DNA of 64,000 nt from Nanobdellota archaeon (GTDB taxonomy: Archaea; Nanobdellota; Nanobdellia; Pacearchaeales; GW2011-AR1). Positions 48,177-56,891 of this stretch are shown here, piece by piece. Every line of letters begins with the position of its first letter. Within the stretch, counting starts at the first letter, position 1. The DNA lies in NCBI GenBank assembly GCA_023397215.1, contig JAEWUG010000032.1, forward strand, positions 1,514-65,513, read 5' to 3'. Position numbers and translations under genes: made by a program. The notes beneath the pieces are model-generated. The model saw only the letters and a list, made by a program, of their open reading frames with translations. It did not search any database and had not been told where the DNA came from.

Positions 48177-48392
48177 ATGATGGATTTAATTTCTAATAGT
48201 CTTTTCTTAACATTAATTATAATTCTTTCTATTTGGGAAAGTGTTTGGAAAGGAATTGCATTATGGAAAACAGGTAGGAATAATCAATTAACTTGGTTTG
48301 TTTGTATTTTAATATTTAATACAATAGGTATTTTGCCAATATTATATTTATTGTTTTTTCAAAAGAAAATTATTGTTAAAAAGAAAAAATAA
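48177..48392 (+). CDS. Small two-TM membrane protein
   Basis: 71 aa with two hydrophobic helices and a KKKK tail; no family recognised. Confidence 0.3.
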   Translation: MMDLISNSLFLTLIIILSIWESVWKGIALWKTGRNNQLTWFVCILIFNTIGILPILYLLFFQKKIIVKKKK

Positions 48393-48394
48393 AT

Positions 48395-49381
48395 TTATTT
48401 CCAAGTTACATTAACTTGATCTGTTCTTTGTTTTGGATTAATATCTATTTTATTTAAATCTTGAATAGAGTAATAAATCTTTTTCTTAAACATTTTCCAA
48501 CCTAAGTAAGCAATCATTCCAGCATTATCAACTAATAAACTATTATCTGGACAGAAAAATTTCACATTTCTTTTATCACACATTTCTTTACACATTTGTT
48601 TTAATCTTGTATTACAAGCAACACCTCCACCTAACAACAATTCTTTTTTACCTGTGTGGGCTAAAGCTCTTTCTGAAGCTTCAACTAACATTGCAAAAAC
48701 TGTTTCTTGCAAACTAAAACTAATATCTTCTAAAGGATATTTTTTATCTAACAATTCTTTTATTTTTGTTTGAAGTCCACTAAAACTAATATCCATACCT
48801 TTAATTGTATAAGGAAGTTCAATTAAATTATTACTTTTATTTGCTAATTCTTGAATTTTAGGTCCACCTGGAAAACCTAAATTTGCATATCTTGCTATTG
48901 TATCTATAAAGTTTCCAACACCTAAATCAAGAGTTTCTCCAAAAACTCTATATTTATTAGATTCATATGCAATTATTTGGGTATTAGCACCACTAGCATA
49001 AAGCATAACAGGATCTTTTGCTCCAACAGTTTCTCCTATTTCTAAATGAGCAATACAATGATTTACAGGAATTATTGAGACCTTTAATTCTTTAACTTTT
49101 TCTTTAACAAAGTTCATTCCTGCAATTAAACACGGAGCAAGTCCTGGTGCATTTGAAAAACTAATTGCATTAATTTCTTTATCAAGAATATTTGCTTTAT
49201 TTAATGCTTCTTCATAAATTTTATTTGCAATATTTTCATGATGTTTTTTTACTTCTAAAGGGATTAAACCACCTGATTTAGTAGTATAAGAATCTTTAAC
49301 ATTACTTAATATTTTTCCGTCTTTTACAACACTTACACCAAATGTATGTGCTGTAGACTCAACACCTAAGATGATTACCAT
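48395..49381 (-). CDS. kae1: tRNA N6-adenosine threonylcarbamoyltransferase Kae1/TsaD
   Basis: MVIILGVESTAHTFGVSVV N-terminus, HCIAHLEIG metal-binding His pair, an ASGANT-like motif, GGVACN; ASKHA fold. Confidence 0.85.
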   Translation of the reverse strand: MVIILGVESTAHTFGVSVVKDGKILSNVKDSYTTKSGGLIPLEVKKHHENIANKIYEEALNKANILDKEINAISFSNAPGLAPCLIAGMNFVKEKVKELKVSIIPVNHCIAHLEIGETVGAKDPVMLYASGANTQIIAYESNKYRVFGETLDLGVGNFIDTIARYANLGFPGGPKIQELANKSNNLIELPYTIKGMDISFSGLQTKIKELLDKKYPLEDISFSLQETVFAMLVEASERALAHTGKKELLLGGGVACNTRLKQMCKEMCDKRNVKFFCPDNSLLVDNAGMIAYLGWKMFKKKIYYSIQDLNKIDINPKQRTDQVNVTWK

Positions 49382-49484
49382 AATTAAATAATTAAATAAG
49401 ATTATAAAAATATAAGGGTATTATCACTTCTAATGGCTTTGTAGTCAAAAAAGCATTTATATATTATATTTATGTTAAAATAAC

Positions 49485-50096
49485 ATGGTAGAAAATACAG
49501 ATATTTCAGTATCAATTGATGACAATCGAATTAAAGATATTGCAGAGGCTATTACAAATAAAACTTGTAAAAGAATATTAAACTATTTAACTGAAAATGA
49601 AAAAACAATTAGTGAAATCTCTATTGAATTGGATATTCCAATTAATACTGTTGAATATAATATTAAAAAATTATTGAACACTGGTTTAATTGAAAAAAAA
49701 TCTTTTTGGTGGAGTATAAAAGGGAAAAAAATGCCAACTTATACTGTTTCAAATAAAAGAATAATTATTTCTCCAAAAAAAGAAATTAATAATTTAAAGT
49801 ATTTAATAGCTTTAGGAGTAACAGGTATTATCTCATTAATTATTAAAAATATAACTCAACCTGCGAAAATAGTTTATGAAAAGACTATTCCTTTATTAAA
49901 TGATTTTTCAAATGAATTGATTAAAAGTACAGCAGACTCTTTTTTAGAAAATGCTCCCCAACAAACAAGTCAAATTATTAATACAGTTACTTATTTCCCA
50001 AAAATTGGTTTTGGAGAATGGTTTTTATTTGGAGCGTGGTTTGTGATTCTACTTTTTTTTATATTTAGTATAGTAAGTGAAAGGAGGTCTAAATAA
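49485..50096 (+). CDS. ArsR-like wHTH regulator fused to C-terminal TM segments
   Basis: TISEISIELDIPINTVEYNIKKLLNTGLI helix-turn-helix, followed by two hydrophobic helices. Confidence 0.5.
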   Translation: MVENTDISVSIDDNRIKDIAEAITNKTCKRILNYLTENEKTISEISIELDIPINTVEYNIKKLLNTGLIEKKSFWWSIKGKKMPTYTVSNKRIIISPKKEINNLKYLIALGVTGIISLIIKNITQPAKIVYEKTIPLLNDFSNELIKSTADSFLENAPQQTSQIINTVTYFPKIGFGEWFLFGAWFVILLFFIFSIVSERRSK

Positions 50097-50844
50097 AATG
50101 AAAGAAAATGACAAATTAAAAATGACTGGATTAATTATTATAGGGGTTATCTTATTAACATTAATAATAATTTATTCAGTGTATAGTTTTCAACCAAGAA
50201 GTACAATTAATGTTGAAGGTTTAGGAGAAATTAAAGTTACTCCAAATGAAATTAATTTAAATTTTAATATTGAAAAAAATGCAAGTACATCAAAAGAAGC
50301 TACTAACTTAAACTTTGAAACAACAGAAAAAGTTAAAGAAGCTTTAATTGCTATTGGTATTGCAGAAGAAGATATTAAAACAACAAACTTTAATGTATAT
50401 GAAGAATTTGATTGGTCTAAAGATGAAAGAAAATCTCTAGGTTATAAGGCTAGTCAAGTTTTAACATTAAAATTGTCTATTGATGAAAAAGAAAAAATTA
50501 GTCAATCCATTAATGCAGCAATAGAAAATGATGCAACAATTAGTTATATTTATTATTCATTAAGCGAAGATCTTGAAAAAGAAACTAAGGCTTTAGCAAT
50601 AAATAAAGCTACAGAAGATGCAAAAGAAAAAGCTACAGAAATGACTAAAACACTTTCTGCAAAACTTGGTAGAATTATACAAATAAGTGATTCATATAAC
50701 ACACCTTCTTACTATTATGGAACATATGCTAAAGATGCTGTATTAACAGAATCTATTAGTGCTAGAGGTTTAAGTGAAGTTTCATTTAATCCAGATGAAC
50801 AAACAGTAAGTGCAAGTGTTTCAATATTATATGAAATCAAATAA
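50077..50844 (+). CDS. SIMPL/DUF541-domain secreted protein
   Basis: N-terminal TM/signal anchor followed by ...INVEGLGEIKVTPNEINLNFNIE... and the overall pattern of SIMPL (26-kDa periplasmic immunogenic protein) family. Confidence 0.5.
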   Translation: MKGGLNKMKENDKLKMTGLIIIGVILLTLIIIYSVYSFQPRSTINVEGLGEIKVTPNEINLNFNIEKNASTSKEATNLNFETTEKVKEALIAIGIAEEDIKTTNFNVYEEFDWSKDERKSLGYKASQVLTLKLSIDEKEKISQSINAAIENDATISYIYYSLSEDLEKETKALAINKATEDAKEKATEMTKTLSAKLGRIIQISDSYNTPSYYYGTYAKDAVLTESISARGLSEVSFNPDEQTVSASVSILYEIK

Positions 50845-50861
50845 ATAAATTTTTTATTTTT

Positions 50862-52253
50862 TTATTCTTTTTTTAATATTTTTTCTAATTCTTCTTTAGC
50901 TAATTTAAAATCAGCTCTTCTTTGACTTTGTTTCATTACTTGACCAATTAAAAAGTTTAAAGAATTTTCTTGACCTTCTTTGTAATCTTGAACTGCTTTT
51001 GGATTTTGTTCTATTACTTTTTGACAAATATTTTGAACAGCATCTTCTGCAATTTTAAATATATCTTTTTTTTCTTTAATAGAAAAACTTTTAGGAATAA
51101 AATCATTCATTATTTGTTTTGCTTTTAATGTTGTTAACTCTTTTTTCTCTACTAAATTAATTAACTCAGCTAAATGATTTGGTTTTATATCTATATCTGA
51201 GTCATCTAATGTTTTTTTATTATAATTTAAAATTCTTAATAATTCTATTGTAATCCAACTTAAATTCTTTTTAACATCTATTCCTTCTTTAGCCAACTCT
51301 TCAAAAAATTCAACTAATTCTAAATTTTTCATAATTATTTGTGCATCACTTTTTTCAACTTCATAAATCAAAAGAAGTTTCTTTAATTTTTCATCAGGAG
51401 TTTCAGGTAATGCTTTTTTTATTTCTTGAACAAAATCAGAGTTTAATTTCATAATTGGTAAATCTGGATCAGGAATAAATCTATAATCTTGAGCATTTTC
51501 TTTTGTTCTCATTCTAATTGTCTTCCCTTTTGATTCATCATATCTACGAGTTTCTTGTATTATTTTTTCATTATTTTTATTTGCATCTAATTGACGAGAA
51601 ATTTCATAGTTAATTGCTTTTTGTATCTTATCTAAAGAATTTAAATTTTTTATTTCAACTCTTTCTCCATATGTTGAAATATTTACATCAACTTTGATTC
51701 CGGCATTTTTCTTTATTGCTTTAATATAACTTAAACTTAAAATGAAACTTTTTAACCAAGAAATAACTTCATCAACTTTTTTAAAATCTGGAGCTGTGAC
51801 TACTTCTACTAAAGGTAAACCACTTCTATTATAATTAATATGACCATTTTCAGGATTCCATTGTGCAGGATCTTCTTCTAAATGACATTCCCAAATATTT
51901 ATACCTTTAAAATTACCTTTATATGCTGGAAAAGAACAATGTGCTCCAGAAATAGTATTTTGAAATCCTTTAGGTAAATCAGGCCAATTATAATGTTTTC
52001 TTTGAAAAATTAAATCTTTTTCTTCTTCAATTTTACAATTTAATATCAAACTAACTTGAATTAATTTTTTTATTGCTTCCTTATTCACTAACATTGGTTT
52101 ACTTCCCGGTGTTCCTGTACAAATGGGGCAAATATTTGAATTAGGTTCATCAAATTCAAAAGTAGAACATTTACAAAATAATTTTTCTTGAGTATTTAAG
52201 TAACAATGAATTTCTAAACCAATTTTTAAAGGATGTTGTGTTATTAATTCCAT
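50862..52253 (-). CDS. gatB: Asp/Glu-tRNA amidotransferase subunit B (GatB)
   Basis: GLEIHCYLNTQEKLFCKC N-terminal signature, 463 aa, and a C-terminal GatB/YqeY domain. Confidence 0.8.
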   Translation of the reverse strand: MELITQHPLKIGLEIHCYLNTQEKLFCKCSTFEFDEPNSNICPICTGTPGSKPMLVNKEAIKKLIQVSLILNCKIEEEKDLIFQRKHYNWPDLPKGFQNTISGAHCSFPAYKGNFKGINIWECHLEEDPAQWNPENGHINYNRSGLPLVEVVTAPDFKKVDEVISWLKSFILSLSYIKAIKKNAGIKVDVNISTYGERVEIKNLNSLDKIQKAINYEISRQLDANKNNEKIIQETRRYDESKGKTIRMRTKENAQDYRFIPDPDLPIMKLNSDFVQEIKKALPETPDEKLKKLLLIYEVEKSDAQIIMKNLELVEFFEELAKEGIDVKKNLSWITIELLRILNYNKKTLDDSDIDIKPNHLAELINLVEKKELTTLKAKQIMNDFIPKSFSIKEKKDIFKIAEDAVQNICQKVIEQNPKAVQDYKEGQENSLNFLIGQVMKQSQRRADFKLAKEELEKILKKE

Positions 52254-52424
52254 TATAAAAAAAGTAAATAAGAGTTTTTAAGATTTGTTAAACTATTTTT
52301 GGCTTCATTAAAAAATAAATGCCAAACTAATATTGGCGTCATTTTTTATTTAAATAAAGAAAAGCAAAGTACAAGCTAAGTCGGCTTCACTTTCTTAAAA
52401 TAAGATTAGTAATTTAAACTAATT

Positions 52425-52712
52425 TTATCCAAATAATGAAGCCAAACCTTCAGCTGCTTCAGCCTTTGGTTCTTCTTTCTTTGGTTCTTCTTTTGGTGCT
52501 TCTGTAGGAGCAGAAGAGCTAGCAGCAGGAGCTGCAATAGAAGCATTAGCTAACTTTTCGTCAATGTTAACACCTTGTAAAGATGCAATAAGAACCTTTA
52601 CTTTGGATTCGTCAACAGTTACGCCAGTAGCTGAAATAACTTTTTTTAAGTTATCTTCACTTACTTCTTGCCCTAACTTGTGCAATAAAAGAGCTGCATA
52701 AATGTATTCCAT
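52425..52712 (-). CDS. rpl12: Ribosomal stalk protein P1 (L12e)
   Basis: MEYIYAALLLH... N-terminus, Ala-rich hinge, and a C-terminal acidic tail ...EGLASLFG. Confidence 0.85.
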   Translation of the reverse strand: MEYIYAALLLHKLGQEVSEDNLKKVISATGVTVDESKVKVLIASLQGVNIDEKLANASIAAPAASSSAPTEAPKEEPKKEEPKAEAAEGLASLFG

Positions 52713-52727
52713 TTTTTTTATTTTTAT

Positions 52728-53528
52728 TTAGTTTGAATTTGATTCATTATTTAATTTTTGTGTATTTAAGCATTGTTGAATTGCTTTTTCATGAATACTT
52801 GCTTTTGCTAAAATAAAATCAATTGTTTCTGTATTGAAATAACTTAATTCAATTGCAAAAGGTAAAGCTCTTGAAAAAGCATACTCTAAATCTTGAATTG
52901 TCTTCTCTTTATCAATTTTAATATTATTATAAACTTTACCATTCATATAAGCAGCTATTGGTTCTATTCCTATTTCAAAAGGGATTATTTCTAATTTAGC
53001 CATTATTGAAGCTAACTTTTGATTTATCTTATCTCCTTTTTTAACTATAACTTTGTCTTGCATAATAGAAATTTTACCACTTTCTACTTTGGGTATAAGA
53101 CCAACAGCGGATAATGCTGAAATATCTGGACCTGGAACCAAACTAGTTGGACCTGCTTTAACAACAATATCTTCTGGAGCAATATCCCCTTCTTTTGCTT
53201 TTGCAGGACTTTTATTTTCAGATAATAAATTTGAAATAATAAATGCATCTTCTTCTGAAAATAACATTGCAGTAGAATCTTGAACATAAGGAACTAATTC
53301 ATGTAATTCTTGAATTCCACAATGATCTAATGCAAAATCAATTAAACTTTTTTTTGTAACTTTTATTTTAGCATTTTCTCTTAATTTTTTTTTCAAATCT
53401 TGAAATTGTGCAGAAGGTAATCCTTTTATTGAAACTACCATCACTGTTTTTTTCTTCATTAAATTTGACAAATCTTTTACAAGAGATTTTTTAAATTCGC
53501 TAACATGATGAGATTCTTTACCTTTCAT
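52728..53528 (-). CDS. rpl10: Ribosomal protein L10 (uL10 / P0)
   Basis: Position immediately upstream of P1 and downstream of L1; the 266-aa size and N-terminal region fit the P0 family. Confidence 0.7.
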   Translation of the reverse strand: MKGKESHHVSEFKKSLVKDLSNLMKKKTVMVVSIKGLPSAQFQDLKKKLRENAKIKVTKKSLIDFALDHCGIQELHELVPYVQDSTAMLFSEEDAFIISNLLSENKSPAKAKEGDIAPEDIVVKAGPTSLVPGPDISALSAVGLIPKVESGKISIMQDKVIVKKGDKINQKLASIMAKLEIIPFEIGIEPIAAYMNGKVYNNIKIDKEKTIQDLEYAFSRALPFAIELSYFNTETIDFILAKASIHEKAIQQCLNTQKLNNESNSN

Positions 53529-53529
53529 T

Positions 53530-54165
53530 TTATTTTGTTTTATTATCTAAAAATTTAATTGGTTTTGACATTGTCAATTTTACATAAGCATTTTTTATAT
53601 TTTCTTTTCCTCGAGGTAAATTTTTTTCTAAACCTATCAATAAAGCTTCTATATTTTCAATTAAATCTTTATCAGACATGTTTTCTTTACCTACAATTAA
53701 TTTAATACTTGCTTCCTTATTTCTTACACGAACTAAACTTTTCATTTTTTCTGCTGTTTCTTTTATTGTAGTTTCATCTTCTTTTGAAATGATTCCTCCT
53801 TGTGGAGAGGGCATTTTAGCTAATGGACCAAACACTCTTCCAAATTTTGAAGCAATTTTACTCATTAAAGGAGGTGTTGCAATAAAAAAATCAAAAGAAT
53901 TAGCAAGTTTTTTAATATCTTTTTTATCTTTATATTTTACAAAATCATCTTCTGTTAAACAAGGAATTGTCTTTATTTTCTTTGTTAAAAATGCACAAAC
54001 TTTTTTTTCAGAAGGATGTGGAACTTTTAAGAAAGTGTTTAATGCTTCTTTTCGAACATCATAATAGTGCAAATTCACAATCAGATCTACAGATTGAACA
54101 AACTTTCTTTTCTTTTCCTTTCTTAATTCTTTAAATGCTTCTTGTAATTTGTTTTCTTCAGCCAT
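53530..54165 (-). CDS. rpl1: Ribosomal protein L1 (uL1)
   Basis: N-terminus AFKELRKEKKRKFVQSVDLIVNL and the 211-aa size fit uL1; conserved L1-L10-L12 order. Confidence 0.8.
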   Translation of the reverse strand: MAEENKLQEAFKELRKEKKRKFVQSVDLIVNLHYYDVRKEALNTFLKVPHPSEKKVCAFLTKKIKTIPCLTEDDFVKYKDKKDIKKLANSFDFFIATPPLMSKIASKFGRVFGPLAKMPSPQGGIISKEDETTIKETAEKMKSLVRVRNKEASIKLIVGKENMSDKDLIENIEALLIGLEKNLPRGKENIKNAYVKLTMSKPIKFLDNKTK

Positions 54166-54267
54166 ATTATTAATTATCCACGAGAATTATTATTTAATCC
54201 TCCTACAAATGTAGTAATAGCGGAATAATATTTAACAGATTAGAAGCTTTTTAAAGGTTATGCTTAA

Positions 54268-56100
54268 TTATTTTAAAAGTTTAGATAAAGTATCAGATAA
54301 GATTTTCCCATTTACAATACCTTTATATTGATTCATTAAAAGTCCCATATAAGCACTTTTTGAAAGATTTGGTTTTTCTTCAATTAACTTAAGAATATCT
54401 TCTTCTAAATTTAAATCATTATTCTTTTTAGAAATAATTTCTTCTAAATTTTGATTATTTAATAAAGAATAAAGTATATTTTTAACATCATTTGGAGAAA
54501 TTTCTTCTGGGACTTTTTGAAAGATTTGTGTTAAAACATTTAAATTAATTTTTTCTTCAATATTTTTAAGAGGTAAATTCAATCTTTTTGAAAACTCTTT
54601 AGGAAAAATTGTTAAACATTTTGCAATTAGATTATAATGATCACAAATAGATGTTAATGTTTTAAAATCTTCTATTTTATTTTGTTTTAATAATAATTGT
54701 ATTAATTCTAAATTTAGCCCAAACTCTTGTAAATACTTTTTATTTTCTTTTGCTAATTTAGGTAAATTTTTCTTTAAATTATCAATTAAATCTTTTTTTA
54801 TTCTTAATAATTTTAAATCTGTTTCAGGATACATTCTAGAAGAGCCAGGCATTGGACGAAGAAATTTTGTAGTTGAATCAGTATTTACTTGTCTTACTTC
54901 TTTTGGTACTTCATTAGATAATAAGGTTATCCTCTTTGAGATGCATGAATAGGCTTCTTTTGCTTGTAAAGCTTCTGCAATAAATAAAATAAATGCATCT
55001 TTATTTGTTATTTGAAGTTCTTTATTGATATTTAATATTTCTTCATTAGAAAAATTATATTTTCCTAAATTTTCATCAGAATGAATAATTCCTCCAATTT
55101 TAGATGTTGGTTTTGCAGAGTCACTTAAATCAGTACCTATTCTTTTATTTGGTTGTAATTCTTGTTTTAATAATCCTGAAGCATTTGTTAATTTTAAACC
55201 ATAAACTTGTTTTTTTTGACCAAATCCATTTTTAATTAAATTGCATTTTGTGTTTTGAAAATATTTTGAGAGATCTTTTAATTCATTTAACTTAATTTTT
55301 TTAATTAAAGGTCTTAGTTTAATTAAGTTTGTTTGTCTTTGAATTTCATTTTCAATTGTTTGAATCATAATTCTAGGATCTTGAAAACCTTTTATTTCAA
55401 CCCTATTTCCACCCTTTATTGAAATATTCAAATCTTGTCTTATTGTTCCAATACCTCTTTTAATTTCACAAGATCTCAAAACTTCACCAATTTTAAGAGC
55501 TGCTTCTTTAATTTGTTCTGGACTTTTTAAATCAGGGTATGTTGTAATTTCAACTAATGGAAAACCAAGTCTATCTAATTTATATTGTGTTATTGCACTT
55601 ATTTTTTCAGAATCTAATTTCCTAGCAGAATCTTCTTCTAATGCAATTGTTTCAATTCTCACAATCCCTTGTGTTGTATTAACATAACCATCATACCCTA
55701 TTAAAACTGTTCTTTGAAATCCAGAAGTATTACTACCATCAATAACTGTTTTTCTCATTACTTGAGTTACAGGAAAAATTTTACAGTTAAATAATAATGC
55801 AATTTGTATTGCTATTTTTAAAGAATCTTGATTAATTTCATGAGGAGGTTCTTCATCTAATTCAACTAAACAATTTGTATCATAAACTAAATACTCAAAT
55901 ATTTGTTTTTTTTCATTTTCATATAATGCTGCAGAATCAATCTTTCCTGTTTCTCCAACTACTGGATTTAATTTTCTCTTTACTTTAAATATAGGTTCAT
56001 CATTTCTTAAAATAGTAGGACAATTACAAAATAATTTATTTGTATTTAACTGTTGATGAATTTCTAAACCTGCTTTTAATCCAATTTTTTCATAATCCAT
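54268..56100 (-). CDS. gatE: Glu-tRNA(Gln) amidotransferase subunit E (GatE)
   Basis: GLEIHQQLNTNKLFCNCPT N-terminus, an inserted AspRS-like domain, and the 610-aa length specific to archaeal GatE. Confidence 0.8.
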   Translation of the reverse strand: MDYEKIGLKAGLEIHQQLNTNKLFCNCPTILRNDEPIFKVKRKLNPVVGETGKIDSAALYENEKKQIFEYLVYDTNCLVELDEEPPHEINQDSLKIAIQIALLFNCKIFPVTQVMRKTVIDGSNTSGFQRTVLIGYDGYVNTTQGIVRIETIALEEDSARKLDSEKISAITQYKLDRLGFPLVEITTYPDLKSPEQIKEAALKIGEVLRSCEIKRGIGTIRQDLNISIKGGNRVEIKGFQDPRIMIQTIENEIQRQTNLIKLRPLIKKIKLNELKDLSKYFQNTKCNLIKNGFGQKKQVYGLKLTNASGLLKQELQPNKRIGTDLSDSAKPTSKIGGIIHSDENLGKYNFSNEEILNINKELQITNKDAFILFIAEALQAKEAYSCISKRITLLSNEVPKEVRQVNTDSTTKFLRPMPGSSRMYPETDLKLLRIKKDLIDNLKKNLPKLAKENKKYLQEFGLNLELIQLLLKQNKIEDFKTLTSICDHYNLIAKCLTIFPKEFSKRLNLPLKNIEEKINLNVLTQIFQKVPEEISPNDVKNILYSLLNNQNLEEIISKKNNDLNLEEDILKLIEEKPNLSKSAYMGLLMNQYKGIVNGKILSDTLSKLLK

Positions 56101-56185
56101 ATTATACTTAAAATGTTTAATATTTTAAATGTTTTTAAGGCAACTTTCCCAAAAGATTTATAAATTAATATTGATATTTGATAGT

Positions 56186-56575
56186 ATGGTTGCAAAAGTT
56201 ATTGAAGCTACTGAAATGAGAAATGGAACATATATTCTTATCGACGGTGTAACACATCAAGTAAAAAAGTTTGATGTTTCTAAAACAGGAAAACATGGTC
56301 ATGCAAAAGTTCGATTTGAAGCTATTTCAATAACAAATGGTAAAAAGAAAGTTCAAGTTGTTCCAGGACATGATAAATTTGAAGTTCCTATGATTGAAAA
56401 AAGAGAAGGTCAAGTATTAAGTATTCATGGGGAAATGGCTAGTATTATGGATAATCAATCTTTTGAAAATTTAGAATTGCCTATTTCTGAAGAAGTAAAA
56501 GAAACTATTAATGAAGGTTGTAGTGTTGAATATTGGAATGTTGAAGGCGATAAATTAATTAAGAAAGTAATGTAA
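56186..56575 (+). CDS. eif5a: Translation initiation factor 5A (aIF5A)
   Basis: Hypusine loop SKTGKHGHAKV plus a C-terminal OB fold. Start placed at the internal Met MVAKVIEATE; the track ORF begins 57 nt earlier. Confidence 0.85.
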   Translation: MVAKVIEATEMRNGTYILIDGVTHQVKKFDVSKTGKHGHAKVRFEAISITNGKKKVQVVPGHDKFEVPMIEKREGQVLSIHGEMASIMDNQSFENLELPISEEVKETINEGCSVEYWNVEGDKLIKKVM

Positions 56576-56594
56576 AAATTCTAAAATATTATTA

Positions 56595-56885
56595 TTACCA
56601 AGATATTGTTTTTGGTTCTCTTTTAACATACTGAAATTCTTCTTGTAATTCATATATTTCAATACTTGTTTCAACTTGATCATCAAAATATCTTAATTGA
56701 TATTCTCTGTTATTTTCTGGATTAAAAAATTCAATTATCATTTCATTAGTATCCTTATGAGCAATGAATAAATAATGGGAATCTATTATCATTTTTTTAT
56801 CATTTATAAAAATAAAATCATTATTTTTTAATTCTTTAATTGGCTTACTCATTTTTGTAATTTTTAATTCACCTACCATAAACAA
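56595..56885 (-). CDS. Hypothetical small protein
   Basis: 96-aa ORF immediately downstream of, and co-oriented with, the receptor-like gene. Confidence 0.3.
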   Translation of the reverse strand: MFMVGELKITKMSKPIKELKNNDFIFINDKKMIIDSHYLFIAHKDTNEMIIEFFNPENNREYQLRYFDDQVETSIEIYELQEEFQYVKREPKTISW

Positions 56886-56891
56886 ATATAA

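Noticed and set aside
53053-54064. ORFs antisense to ribosomal L10/L1 genes (53053-53283 +, 53084-53287 -, 53678-54064 +)
   Set aside because: They overlap conserved ribosomal protein genes on the opposite strand or in alternate frames and carry no motifs.
56129-56185. Upstream extension of the aIF5A ORF
   Set aside because: The conserved aIF5A N-terminus aligns from MVAKVIEATE; the extension is hydrophobic and uncharacteristic of the family.
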